Below are positions 23,501 to 34,539 of a stretch of 64,000 bases of DNA, one piece after another (the first letter of the stretch is position 1; every line of letters begins with the position of its first letter). Below the pieces are notes generated by a model. It was not told where the DNA came from, made no database searches, and saw nothing but the letters and a program-made list of their open reading frames with translations. The translations under genes were made by a program, and so were the position numbers. Source of the stretch: Macrostomum lignano (lineage: Eukaryota); contig NIVC01001283.1 in NCBI GenBank assembly GCA_002269645.1, positions 1 to 64,000 of the forward strand, written 5' to 3'.

Positions 23501-24438
23501 GTTTAGAATAATTTAGGAGTAGTTTAGATTAATTTAGGAGTAGTTTAGATTAATTTAGTAGTAGTTTAGATTAATTTAGGAGTAGTTTAGATTAATTTAG
23601 GAGTAGTTTAGAATAATTTAGGAGTAGCTTAGATCATTTCAAAAGTAGTTTAGAATAATTTAGGAGTAGTTTAGATTTATTTAGGAGTAGTTTAGATTAA
23701 TTTAGGAGTAGTTTAGAATAATTTAGGAGTAGCTTAGATCATTTCAAAAGTAGTTTAGAATAATTTAGGAGTAGTTTAGATTTATTTTGGAGTAGTTTAG
23801 ATTAATTTAGGAGTAGTTTAGAATAATTTAGGAGTAGCTTAGATCATTTCAGGAGTAGTTTAGAATCATTTAGGAGTAGTTTAGATTAATTTAGGAGTAG
23901 TTTAGATTAATTTAGGAGTAGTTTAGAATAATTTAGGAGTAGCTTAGATTTATTTAGGAGTAGTTTAGATCATTTCAGGAGTAGTTTTGAATAATTTAGG
24001 AGTAGTTTAGATTTATTTAGGAGTAGTTTAGATCATTTCAAGAGTAGTTTAGAATAATTTAGGAGTAGTTTAGAATATTTTAGTGGTTTCTATATTTCAG
24101 TAATTTAGATTAATTTAGGAGTAGCTGAAAATATTTTAAAACTAGTTTAGACTATTTTAGGAACACTTTTAGATAATTTTAGGAGTAGTTTAGATAATTT
24201 TAGGAGTAGTCTATACGCTCTTCTAATAGTAGTCTAGGCTAACATAGTCTAATGAGAAATGGGTTGAATAATGCAAGTACTTCTGTCCCGGTCTCCCGCA
24301 GGGTTCGATCCCGTCCAGCCACCCACGATAGCAGCAGCAGCTTCAGGCGGCACAAAAACGCTTGGCAGGTTGGCCGTGTCATCGACTCTGCTAAGCGACA
24401 CCCCGGCCACACCAGACAGCTCAACAAATGGACAGTGA
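11085..24438 (+). CDS. WNK: Divergent WNK-family Ser/Thr kinase, join(11085-11527,12431-13220,13910-14175,14992-15321,17843-18038,19007-19390,21139-21915,22447-22933,24302-24438), 1269 aa
   Basis: WNK hallmarks: Lys in the Gly-loop (GEGAYKRVYRG) and Cys at the usual VAIK-Lys position (IAWCEL), plus HPNIVRYYD, SWMQQILEGL, PPVIHRDLK, MAPEM..E.YDEKVDIFAFG, PYQECQN, and a PF2/CCT-like block after the kinase. All 8 introns are GT-AG; total 3810 nt is in frame. Symbol is family-level; start codon and last two exons are less certain. Confidence 0.88.
11567..12288. repeat. Intronic minisatellite, 12-nt unit TTGACCCAGGGC with 24-nt dimer variants
   Basis: Direct. Confidence 0.97.
12431..13220 (+). 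CDS. WNK: WNK exon 2, Q/A-rich region, coiled coil and kinase subdomains I-II
   Basis: tattttcag| acceptor, GAG|gtgagc donor; SPCGRWIKHNIKCGEGAYK...AWCEL. Confidence 0.92.
13227..13845. repeat. Intronic compound minisatellite, 21-nt GTAGCTGATGCCTGACCCACT then 22-nt CAGCTATCATCCTGACCCATCT
   Basis: Direct; shared CCTGACCCA core. Confidence 0.96.
13910..14175 (+). CDS. WNK: WNK exon 3, kinase subdomains III-VIa
   Basis: ccaacgcag| acceptor, AA|gtgagt donor; EMMIKCEHPNIVRYYD, VIVTEFMSEGTL. Confidence 0.93.
14197..14925. repeat. Intronic minisatellite, 33-nt unit GAGATTTCGGGATGAGATCTCTCTGTTAAGGGT, ~22 copies
   Basis: GAGATTT recurs at 14791 and 14824. Confidence 0.96.
14992..15321 (+). CDS. WNK: WNK exon 4, kinase subdomains VIb-X
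   Basis: atatcgcag| acceptor, CG|gtgagt donor; HRDLKPEN, DFG, APE. Confidence 0.95.
15343..17785. repeat. Intronic G/A-rich minisatellite, 21-22-nt unit GGGGAGAGAGGGAGGCAGAGAAT(T)
   Basis: Direct. Confidence 0.96.
17843..18038 (+). CDS. WNK: WNK exon 5, kinase subdomain XI and linker
   Basis: aatttgcag| acceptor, GGG|gtgcgt donor; IDNPEIRDIFFTC...RPTAEELL. Confidence 0.85.
18120..18966. repeat. Intronic minisatellite, 25-nt GAGTAGCTACCAGCCAATCAGAAAT grading to 30-nt AGAGTAGCTCAGCTACCAGCCAATCAGGGC
   Basis: Direct. Confidence 0.96.
19007..19390 (+). CDS. WNK: WNK exon 6, PF2/CCT-like (autoinhibitory-type) domain and coiled coil
   Basis: cctcag| acceptor, AAG|gtttgc donor; EFRLVVNDRQ...GFEFQLD..DEDLENVV resembles the WNK LRIED...IEFSFDLERD.PEDVA pattern (by eye). 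Confidence 0.8.
19407..21050. repeat. Intronic minisatellite, 27-nt unit AGATCTAGATCATAACTAGCCAATCAG, ~60 copies
   Basis: Direct; variant block duplicated ~844 nt apart. Confidence 0.97.
21139..21915 (+). CDS. WNK: WNK exon 7, coiled coil and A/S/P-rich region
   Basis: ttttattcccgaaag| acceptor in frame with ORF 21166; GCG|gtgagt donor. Confidence 0.78.
21950..22345. repeat. Intronic minisatellite, 21-nt unit CGATTTCGATTGGTCATGGAG
   Basis: Direct. Confidence 0.95.
22447..22933 (+). CDS. WNK: WNK exon 8, A/P-rich
   Basis: C-rich tract ...cctcaccccgcag| gives a phase-0 in-frame join (the nearer AG at 22398 gives an immediate TGA); A|gtgagt donor. Confidence 0.62.
23140..24236. repeat. Intronic AT-rich minisatellite, 21-nt unit GAGTAGTTTAGATTAATTTAG
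   Basis: Direct, degenerate at the edges. Confidence 0.95.
24302..24438 (+). CDS. WNK: WNK terminal exon 9 (RFDPVQPPTIAAAASGG...DSSTNGQ*)
   Basis: Strong acceptor tacttctgtcccggtctcccgcag|, phase 1 matches exon 8; GC-rich island in AT-rich flanks; TGA 24436-24438. Missed by the ORF track. Confidence 0.62.
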
Positions 24439-24919
24439 AACTAAATATAATCTTATATTTGATTTGCATTGAGTTCGGTTCGTGATGTCATTCATTTATC
24501 TAATTTCATCATCAAAATGTTTTTTGTCTTCTCTGAAATACTCGAATTCAATCAGTGAATCTTTCTTTACCCTTAGAATACTTGGTTTCTTTCCCGCATG
24601 GTTACTACTACTGTTTACTAGTAGTATTAGTGGTAGAAGTGGGTAGCGTGCACAATAATCCCCCGCGTGTAAGGGGTCAGTGTAATGATTGTTAACTGCT
24701 GCTTGTATCTCCTTTGCCTTCCTATAATTGTATTTATCTTTTTCCCCAGTGAGTAGCGAGTAGCAAGTAGTGAGTAGCGAGTGTAACTTCAAGTTGTAAT
24801 CTTATTTATTTGTTTATTCATATTTCAATGCAGAGTTGGTGTGACCTGTTTAAAATGTTGATTTATAGTAATTTTTTACTAACCTCTAATTTAAAACTTA
24901 TGTTGTCATTTGATGAAGA

Positions 24920-25385
24920 TTTTTAATGTCATTTAATGGGATTTTAAATGTATTTTAATGGGATTTCGAAATAATTTAACGGGATTTCAATATACTTTAA
25001 TGGGATTTCAATATAATTCCATAGGATTTTCATGTAATTTATTGGGATTTCAATATAATTTGATGGGATTTTAAATGTATTTTAATGGGATTTCAATATA
25101 ATTTAACGGGATTTCAATATACTTTAATGGGATTTCAATATAATTCCATAGGATTTTTATGTAATTTATTGGGATTTTATTATAATTTGATGGGATTTCA
25201 AATGTATTTTAATGGGATTTCAATATAATTTAATGGGATTTTAAATGTATTTTAATGGGATTTCAATATAATTTAACGGGATTTCAATATAATTCCATAG
25301 GATTTTTATGTAATTTATTGGGATTTCAATATAATTTGATGGGATTTTAATGTAATGTAGCGGGATTTGTGTAACTTTTTGGGAT
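24920..25385. repeat. Degenerate ~22-nt minisatellite AATGGGATTTCAATATAATTT
   Basis: GGGATTT recurs at ~22-nt spacing. Confidence 0.85.
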
Positions 25386-26335
25386 TATAATAATGCAATT
25401 ATTACCAAAATTGAGTATTTTACACCAAAGTGTGTGTATTATGCAGTAAAAACAAACTTCCAACATGAGTAGATAAGTAGGATATAGTGCATATTAACGT
25501 CTAAATTTCGTTTTCGCACTCAACTTGGAATTTTACAAGAGCAAGCAATTAAAATCACTTCATTATGTTGAAGTATGTTCTGCCAAATAAATTTTACCAA
25601 TGTCTGCGCTTTATAACATAAGGTGCTTTCCCTTGATTGTGAGCTCAAGCTACTACTCGTAAGTAGTTACTAAAAAGCTTTTCAGCCAATTAAGTTGTAA
25701 TTGCTTGAATAATTCTACCGAGGCCTATTAAGCTTAGTTTGTTGCCTTTTATCATTTAATTAGTTTATGTTGTTATACTCGAGCTATACTACTCATGTGC
25801 TGATATCGATTCTCTGCCCTTTTTGCCTTTTTTCTTATTTTACCCCAACAATTTATTTCATCACGGGCTAGTTTATAATGCAAAGCTTGGTTTTTTGTGT
25901 CTATTATTTCAGTTTTGTGAACTAATAGCTTTTGTGTGCGATGACACTCCTAGTAGTAGTGGCTGTAGCAAATTTAGTTATTAATGCTCTTATTAACACT
26001 GGTTTTTCCTTTTCACTTATACTTTTTACTAATAGTAATGCCTATATTTATGTATGCGTATATACGAGTACATGCGTGTACTTCAGACGACACAAGTAAA
26101 GTAATGTAAGAATACACCTTGAATGCATGGATATTCCAGTTCAGGGCGGCGCCGCTATTAGTTGAAATGCTGAATTTGTTTTTATTCTCCTGCAATTCGC
26201 TGCCGTAGCGGCGCCCTCCCGCGCACTTCTGTCCGTCACGCGTGACCTATTTTTTTACAGATCTTAATTGCCAGTTGCAACTCTCTGCTTCGTGTGTTAT
26301 TGTTTTATGGGAAAATTAACCATGAATGTCATTGG

Positions 26336-27256
26336 CAGGGAGTGAGGTGGGTGCCGTTAGCTGGGAGTGAGGTGGGTGTCAGTCAGACAGGGAGTGAGGT
26401 GGGTGTCATAGACAGGGAGTGAGGTGGGTGTCAGTCAGACAGGGAGTGAGGTGGGTGTCATAGACAGGGAGTGAGGTGGGTGTCAGTCAGACAGGGAGTG
26501 AGGTGGGTGTCATAGACAGGGAGTGAGGTGGGTGTCATAGACAGGGAGTGAGGTGGGTGTCATAGACAGGGAGTGAGGTGGGTGTCATAGACAGGGAGTG
26601 AGGTGGGTGTCAGTCAGACAGGGAGTGAGGTGGGTGTCAGACAGGGAGTGAGGTGGGTATCAGTCAGACAGGGAGTGAGGTGGGTGTCATAGACAGGGAG
26701 TGAGGTGGGTGTCAGTCAGACAGGGAGTGAGGTGGGTGTCGTAAGGAGTGAGGTGGGTGTCAGTCAGACAGGGAGTGAGGTGGGTGTCAGTCAGACAGGG
26801 AGTGAGGTGGGTGTCATAGACAGGAAGTGAGGTGGGTGTCAGTCAGACAGGGAGTGAGGTGGGTGTCATAGACAGGGAGTGAGGTGGGTGTCAGTCAGAC
26901 AGGGAGTGAGGTGGGTGTCAGTCAGACAGGGAGTGAGGTGGGTGTCAGTCAGACAGGGAGTGGGTGGGTGTCATAGACAGGGAGTGGGTGGGTGTCATAG
27001 ACAGGGAGTGGGTGGGTGTCGTAAGGAGTGAGGTGGGTGTCATAGACGGAGTGGGTGGGTGTAATAAGGAGTGAGGTGGGTGTCGTAAGGAGAGAGGTGG
27101 GTGTCGTAAGGAGTGAGGTGGGTGTCGTAAGGAGTGAGGTGGGTGTCGTAAGCAGTGAGGTGGGTGTCATAGGGAGTGAGGTGGGTGTCATAGACAGGGA
27201 GTGGGTGGGTGTCGTAAGGAGTGAGGTGGGTGTCATAGGGAGTGAGGTGGGTGTCA
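26336..27256. repeat. Minisatellite, 21-27-nt unit GGGAGTGAGGTGGGTGTC(AGTC)AGACA
   Basis: Direct. Confidence 0.96.
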
Positions 27257-28811
27257 CGCTTTTGTACAAGTTCGCTAATTCCCCCAAGCGCACCCCGAGC
27301 CATTTGGCAATCGTTGATCCCAACTAAGCAGAGCCAACTGCAGCTTAACGGAACCTCTCAGTCAAGCCTCAATCGCCTTTGTCCAAGCGAAGCCAGTAAG
27401 ACAACACAGCATTTTGTGTCTGCGCTTTCGAGAAAATGTCACGAAACCGGACCGGCTGTCATTGTGTGTGCGCTCGCGCGCCATTGTGCGTCACGCAAGA
27501 CTACGGCGGAGGTTTAAAAAGAGAAAATCCGGATCTCATCCTAAGCAGCGGGTGGAAAGCGTCATGTGTCAGTTGTGCTGACCATTTATGCCAAGTAGGA
27601 ATGAATGAATGAATGAGGGTTGTCATTAAGAGCAAAGATTTTTGTCTAACAAGAGAACCAGCTCAGGGACCACTGCGGACATGGGAGTGACTACGAGTAG
27701 CCCGGGCCAGTTCTATTTCAAATAATTGTATATTGCTAGTCGGCTTTTTACCATAGATATTTCCCGCTGCTGGGCGCGGGCAGAGCATTTTTAACCATAG
27801 ACAAAGTTTCAACTATTAGAGAAGAGAAGAGGAGGGAAGAGAGAGAGAGACATTATAGGAACTCTGTTAGTAGCCAAGGATCTTGACAATTGTTGAAATC
27901 TAACTTGCATTGTATTTTATTAATTAGTTGATAGCTGTTTTCAACGATTCTCCCGAATCAAACGGCCGGCCCACCCGCCGTGAGCAAGCGAGAGCAGTTT
28001 TTCAAAAGAAGAAAAATGCAATTTCAAGCCGCAAATTCATTCAGTAATGAAAGAACGACGCGAAATGAATTCCAGAGGGAGACGGGACAGAAAAACAAAT
28101 TAATTCTCTGCCAAAAAATGATTCAAGCTACCCCAGGTCCCGCCCGCCATGGACACAGAGACTCTCACCAGAGAGAGTCTCGTAGCTTTCTAATTTCTGC
28201 GGAAGCACTTCAAAAGGAAAAAGACAAAGGGCTGGCGGTGCGTTGCTGCTGGTGGAAGAGTCGGCCGTCGGCAGACTAGAAAGAAACTTTTAGGGAGCTG
28301 AGCCAGACCCGTTCCGCTCACTCTCTCCCCTTCCGTGAGCCCCGCCCTTGACTGCAGCTGCCGCCAAGGGGGGGGGCGGCAGTGAAGGCCCAGCTGAAGT
28401 GAAGAGGAAAAACACAATTGAAAGCGAATTCACAAATACCGCATTTATACCTCCCTAGCCTTGGCTCTCACTGACACCGTGCAGGCGTGACACTTCATTT
28501 GTGAATAGGAGGCCAGCCAGACCGGCTCACTGACTGTATATTCCTGTTTTTCTGTTGGAGCGGCGCACTGTTTGGCATGCGGTTTTTGTTCTCTTTTGTC
28601 TTTCAGTCAGTCCCCCGCACCGCCACGCCCCGTGCTCAGCCGCGTTTCAACTAGTTTTGTCTCTTTCTCTCATTCCTCTCCCCTCTCACTGAGTTGCTGT
28701 TCCAACGAAATTTTCTGCAGACAGAACTCACTTAATTTTTCAGCTCACCGCTGATAGCTTGTAGTTTTAGCTGTGAGTTTCTTAATGCTGGATTATACAC
28801 TGTGCGACTGG

Positions 28812-30418
28812 GACTGACTGAGAGCTCTGCTTGTGATTGAGAGCTCTGGTTGTGACTGAGAGCTCTGATTGTGACTGACTGAGAGCTCTGCTTGTGACTG
28901 AGAGCTCTGCTTGTGACTGACTGAGAGCTCTGCTTGTGACTGAGAGCTCTGCTTGTGACTGAGAGCTCTGCTTGTGACTGAGAGCTCTGCTTGTGACTGA
29001 CTGAGAGCTCTGCTTGTGACTGAGAGCTCTGATTGTGACTGACTGAGAGCTCTGGTTTTGACTGAGAGCTCTGCTTGTGACTGAGAGCTCTGATTGTGAC
29101 TGACTGAGAGCTCTGATTGTGACTGACTGAGAGCTCTGATTGTGACTGACTGAGAGCTCTGGTTGTGACTGACTGAGAGCTCTGATTGTGACTGACTGAC
29201 TGAGAGCTCTGATTGTGACTGACTGACTGAGAGCTCTGGTTGTGACTGACTGAGAGCTCTGGTTGTGACTGACTGAGAGCTCTGGTTGTGACTGACTGAC
29301 TGAGAGCTCTGATTGTGACTGACTGAGAGCTCTGATTGTGACTGAGAGCTCTGATTGTGACTGACTGAGAGCTCTGGTGTGACTGACTGAGAGCTCTGAT
29401 TGTGACTGACTGAGAGCTCTGGTTGTGACTGACTGAGAGCTCTGGTTGTGACTGACTGAGAGCTCTGGTTGTGACTGACTGAGAGCTCTGATTGTGACTG
29501 ACTGAGAGCTCTGATTGTGACTGAGAGCTCTGATTGTGACTGACTGACTGAGAGCTCTGATTGTGACTGACTGAGAGCTCTGGTTGTGACTGACTGAGAG
29601 CTCTGGTTGTGACTGACTGAGAGCTCTGATTGTGACTGACTGAGAGCTCTGGTGTGACTGACTGAGAGCTCTGATTGTGACTGACTGAGAGCTCTGGTTG
29701 TGACTGACTGAGAGCTCTGGTTGTGACTGACTGAGAGCTCTGGGTTGTGACTGAGAGCTCTGATTGTGACTGACTGAGAGCTCTGGTGTGACTGACTGAG
29801 AGCTCTGATTGTGACTGACTGAGAGCTCTGGTTGTGACTGACTGAGAGCTCTGGTTGTGACTGACTGAGAGCTCTGGTTGTGACTGACTGAGAGCTCTGA
29901 TTGTGACTGACTGAGAGCTCTGATTGTGACTGAGAGCTCTGATTGTGACTGACTGACTGAGAGCTCTGATTGTGACTGACTGAGAGCTCTGGTTGTGACT
30001 GACTGAGAGCTCTGGTTGTGACTGACTGAGAGCTCTGGTTGTGACTGACTGAGAGCTCTGATTGTGACTGACTGAGAGCTCTGATTGTGACTGAGAGCTC
30101 TGATTGTGACTGACTGACTGAGAGCTCTGATTGTGACTGACTGAGAGCTCTGGTTGTGACTGACTGAGAGCTCTGATTGTGACTGACTGAGAGCTCTGAT
30201 TGTGACTGACTGAGAGCTCTGATTGTGACTGACTGAGAGCTCTGGTGTGACTGACTGAGAGCTCTGATTGTGACTGACTGAGAGCTCTGGTTGTGACTGA
30301 CTGAGAGCTCTGGTTGTGACTGACTGAGAGCTCTGGGTTGTGACTGACTGAGAGCTCTGGTTGTGACTGACTGAGAGCTCTGGTTGTGACTGACTGAGAG
30401 CTCTGGGTTGTGACTGAT
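28812..30418. repeat. Minisatellite, 19-27-nt unit GTGACT(GACT)nGAGAGCTCTG(G/A)TT
   Basis: Direct; internal GACT tetramer varies in number. Confidence 0.97.
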
Positions 30419-30863
30419 TTGGACTCGCATTACTTTAAAGTTCAACTAGCTGAACTGCTAAGTGACTCAGACTGCAGACACAGATTTTATATATAAAGTT
30501 TACAAAGGCTTTAATTTGTACGGATATGGATTAAGACGAAGAGCCATGCAGGAACCGGAAGTCAAGGTCTGGGCCTTGGATCAAACTGATTACACGAGCA
30601 TTGCAATAAGATGGCGTCTCCCATTACAGCTTTGCAAACACAGGGTGATCGTGTCTTTTCTCGGCTCATTCGTCTCGCTTAAAAAGCGGCCCGGACACTC
30701 CAGACTGCTGCTGGATGAGGCGGTCTGTTTGCTCACTAACTTTCTTTTTCGAAAAGCATATATAATGTTTGGGCAATTTCTATACATATATAGGCCTGGG
30801 GTACAGACTAGTTCGTCTGCTGTACCATTGAAGATTTACTGCTGTCAGAACTGCACACCACTC

Positions 30864-31620
30864 TGCGCCACTGCCGCCCTCTGCTCTTGGCGCCACTGCC
30901 TCCCTCTGCTCTTGGCGCCACTGCCTCCCTCTTCTGTTGGCGCCACTGCCTCCCTCTTCTGTTGGCGCCACTGCCTCCCTCTACTCTTGGCGCCACTGCC
31001 TCCCTCTACTCTTGGCGCCACTGCCTCCCTCTACTCTTGGCGCCACTGCCTCCCTCTTCTCTTGGCGCCACTGCCTCCCTCTACTCTTGGCGCCACTGCC
31101 TCCCTCTTCTCTTGGCGCCACTGCCTCCCTCTACTCTTGGCGCCACTGCCTCCCTCTTCTCTTGGCGCCACTGCCTCCCTCTTCTCTTGGCGCCACTGCC
31201 TCCCTCTACTCTTGGCGCCACTGCCTCCCTCTTCTCTTGGCGCCACTGCCTCCCTCTTCTCTTGGCGCCACTGCCTCCCTCTTCTCTTGGCGCCACTGCC
31301 TCCCTCTACTCTTGGCGCCACTGCCTCCCATTTCTCTTGGCGCCACTGCCTGCCTTTTCTCTTGGCGCCACTGCCTCCCATTTCTCTTGGCGCCACTGCT
31401 TCCCATTTCTCTTGGCGCCACTGCCTCCCACTTCTCTTGGCGCCACTGCCTCCCATTTCTCTTGGCGCCACTGCCTCCCTCTTCTCTTGGCGCCACTGCC
31501 TCCCTCTTCTCTTGGCGCCACTGCCTCCCTCTTCTCTTGGCGCCACTGCCTCCCATTTCTCTTGGCGCCACTGCTTCCCATTTCTCTTGGCGCCACTGCC
31601 TTCTCTCTTGGCGCCCCTGC
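30864..31620. repeat. Minisatellite, 25-nt unit CTTGGCGCCACTGCCTCCCTCTTCT, ~30 copies
   Basis: Direct. Confidence 0.97.
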
Positions 31621-32034
31621 CTTCCTCAATCTATACTCGTAATTTAACTTAATTGCACCACTACTCCTTAATGACTGTTAATTTCAGCTGTAATAATGAG
31701 AGCGACAGTCAGACAGATAAGGCACAGTTAAACGAGAGATTAAAATGACAGGCTTTGCACAGCAAAGGGTCAGCGGCAGACGCTCTCTCTTAGCCCTACT
31801 ATACAGTTGTAAGAACTCAGCTGTTTCACTTTTTGACCCGAGAATTTTTTGTCGGAACTCTCGCTGAGCTGCCAAGGATCAGCAGCTGCGCAAACTTGCT
31901 GTCAATCCTGGCTGTCTTTCCTATCTGGAAATATTGACTAAAATTTCAATGAGAGCATTGTGCTTCTATGCTGATCAATCGCTTACGAGAGGGGGGGATA
32001 AGAGGGATGAGATTGGAAAGTGTGAAATGCAAGA

Positions 32035-33805
32035 ATCTGAGATAGGAGAGGGTGGGATAGGAGAAAGTGAGATAGGAGAGGGTGGGATAGGAGAAAGCGA
32101 GATAGGAGAGGGTGGGATGGGAGAAAGTGAGATAGGAGAGGGTGAGACAGGAGAAAGCGAGATAGGAGAGGGTGGGATAGGAGAAAGTGAGATAGGAGAG
32201 GGTGAGATAGGAGAGGGCAAGATAGGAGAGGGTGAGGCAGGAGAAAGTGAGATGGGAGCATGTGAGATAGGAGAAGGCGAGATAGGAGAGGGAAGGATAG
32301 GAGAGGGAGAGATAGGAGAGGGAGAGATAGGAGAGGGTGAGATAAGAGAGGGAGAGATAGGAGAGAGTGAGATAGGAGAGGGTCAGATAGGAGAAGGAGA
32401 GATAGGAGAGGGAGAGATAGGAGAGAGTGAGATAGGAGAGGGTCAGATAGGAGAGGGAGAGATAGGAGAGGGAGAGATAGGAGAGGGAGAGATAGGAGAG
32501 GGAGAGATAGGAGAGGGAGAAATAGGAGAGGGTGAGATAGGAGAGGGTGAGATAGGAGAGGGTGAGATAGGAGAGGGAGAGATAGGAGAGGGTGAGATAG
32601 GAGAGGGAGAGATAGGAGAGGGTGAGATAGGAGAAAGTGAGATGGGAGCATGTGAGATAGGAGAAGGCGAGATAGGAGAGGGAAGGATAGGAGAGGGAGA
32701 GATAGGAGAGGGAGAGATAGGAGAGGGTGAGATAAGAGAGGGAGAGATAGGAGAGAGTGAGATAGGAGAGGGTCAGATAGGAGAAGGAGAGATAGGAGAG
32801 GGAGAGATAGGAGAGAGTGAGATAGGAGAGGGTCAGATAGGAGAAGGAGAGATAGGAGAGGGAGAGATAGGAGAGGGAGAGATAGGAGAGGGAGAGATAG
32901 CAGAGGATGAGATAGGAGAGGGAGAAATAGGAGAGGATGAGATAGGAGAGGGTGAGATAGGAGAGGGTGAGATAGGAGAGGGAGAGATAGGAGAGGGTGA
33001 GATAGGAGAGGGAGAGATAGGAGAGGGTGAGATAGGAGAGGGAGAGATAGGAGAGGGTGAGATAGGAGAGGGAGAGATAGGAGAGGGAGAGATAGGAGAG
33101 GGAGAGATAGCAGAGGATGAGATAGGAGAGGGAGAAATAGGAGAGGGTGAGATAGGAGAGGGAGAGATAGGAGAGGGTGAGATAGGAGAGGGAGAGATAG
33201 GAGAGGGAGAGATAGGAGAAGGAGAGATAGGAGAGGGTGAGATAGGAGAGGGTGAGATAGGAGAGGGTGAGATAGGAGAGGGTGAGATAGGAGAGGGTGA
33301 GATAGGAGAGGGTGAGATAGGAGAGGGTGAGATAGGAGAGGGTGAGATAGGAGAGGGTGAGATAGGAGAGGGTGAGATAGGAGAGGGTGAGATAGGAGAA
33401 AGTGAGATAGGAGAGGGTGAGATAGGAGAGGGAGAGATAGGAGAGGGAGAGATAGGAGAGGGAGAGATAGGAGAGGGAGAGATAGGAGAGGGAGAGATAG
33501 GAGAGGGTGAGATAGGAGAGGGAGAGATAGGAGAGGGAGAGATAGGAGAGGGAGAGATAGGAGAAGGAGAGATAGGAGAGGGTGAGATAGGAGAGGGAGA
33601 GATAGGAGAGGGAGAGATAGGAGAGGAAGAGATAGGAGAGGGAGAGATAGGAGAGGGTGAGATAGGAGAGGGCAAGATAGGATAGGGTGCGATAGGAGAG
33701 AGAGAGATAGGAGAGGGAGAGATAGGAGAGGGAGAGATAGGAGAGGGAGAGATAGGAGAGGATGAGATAGGAGAGGGTGAGATAGGAGAGGGTGAGATAA
33801 GAGAG
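32035..33805. repeat. Minisatellite, 15-nt unit GAGATAGGAGAGGG(T/A), ~118 copies, 390-nt higher-order duplication
   Basis: Direct; GATGGGAGCATGT variant at 32251 and 32641. Confidence 0.97.
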
Positions 33806-34539
33806 GAATGAGGCTGCTTTTTACATCTGTATATTCATGATCCCAATCCAAGGGTCACCGATATCAAATGTCAATATATATAAATATAAATCCAGAACAC
33901 TATATTTAACCTGTGGAGGGCAATACTTCAAGCCGAATATTTTGTCAATCCAGTCAAAACAATCTAGAAAACGCATCAAATCAAGATTGGCCCTATAGCC
34001 GCTTAAGCGGAATTCCTAAGGCCGTGAATCCGTGTGTTACGCAATCACCAATTGCTTGCTTGTCGACATTCTAAAGGAAACACTGAATCGGGACATTGGG
34101 GGGGGGGGGGGGGTAGGGAATTGAGAGGCTTACGGAGCACACAGGTTTCATTATTCATAGATCAAAAACACTGCGATGCGCTTGCAAGCATATGTCAGCT
34201 TTGAGTCAGTGTGGCACACGTGCCCCGTTTTGGGCCTCTGGTTGATGATGTTTTGAGCTTTGAGCAAACACAAATCTTGATGGCAAACACTAACGGAGCT
34301 GAGCACTGAATGGTGACCAATTGATACTGAGAAAGTTTGCCAATAACAGCTGTAAAGACTGGGGAATCGTTTGTCTGCAATTCAATGACAATACGGTGGA
34401 CAACTCAAGTAAAGAGGACGCTACATCCGCAAAATGGAACTTCCGAATTCCAAATAAGCAGCTTTGCCCGAGGTGCACTCAAAAAGTTTATGAAGCTGTG
34501 TGTTTTCCTGAAATGCAATCGGAATCCGACAATTCTAGT

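Noticed and set aside
24301-24330. GGGTTCGATCCC B-box / tRNA 3'-end-like string (similar weak hits near 51535 and 58275)
   Set aside because: No A box or cloverleaf; the 24301 hit lies in the modelled WNK terminal exon.
28793-33851. Long ORFs such as (SQSELSVSHNQ)n, (LLAPLPPS)n and (GEGEI)n, 250-620 aa
   Set aside because: Translations of 23-, 25- and 15-nt tandem repeats; no non-repetitive domain, and not collagen (Gly spacing is not G-X-Y).
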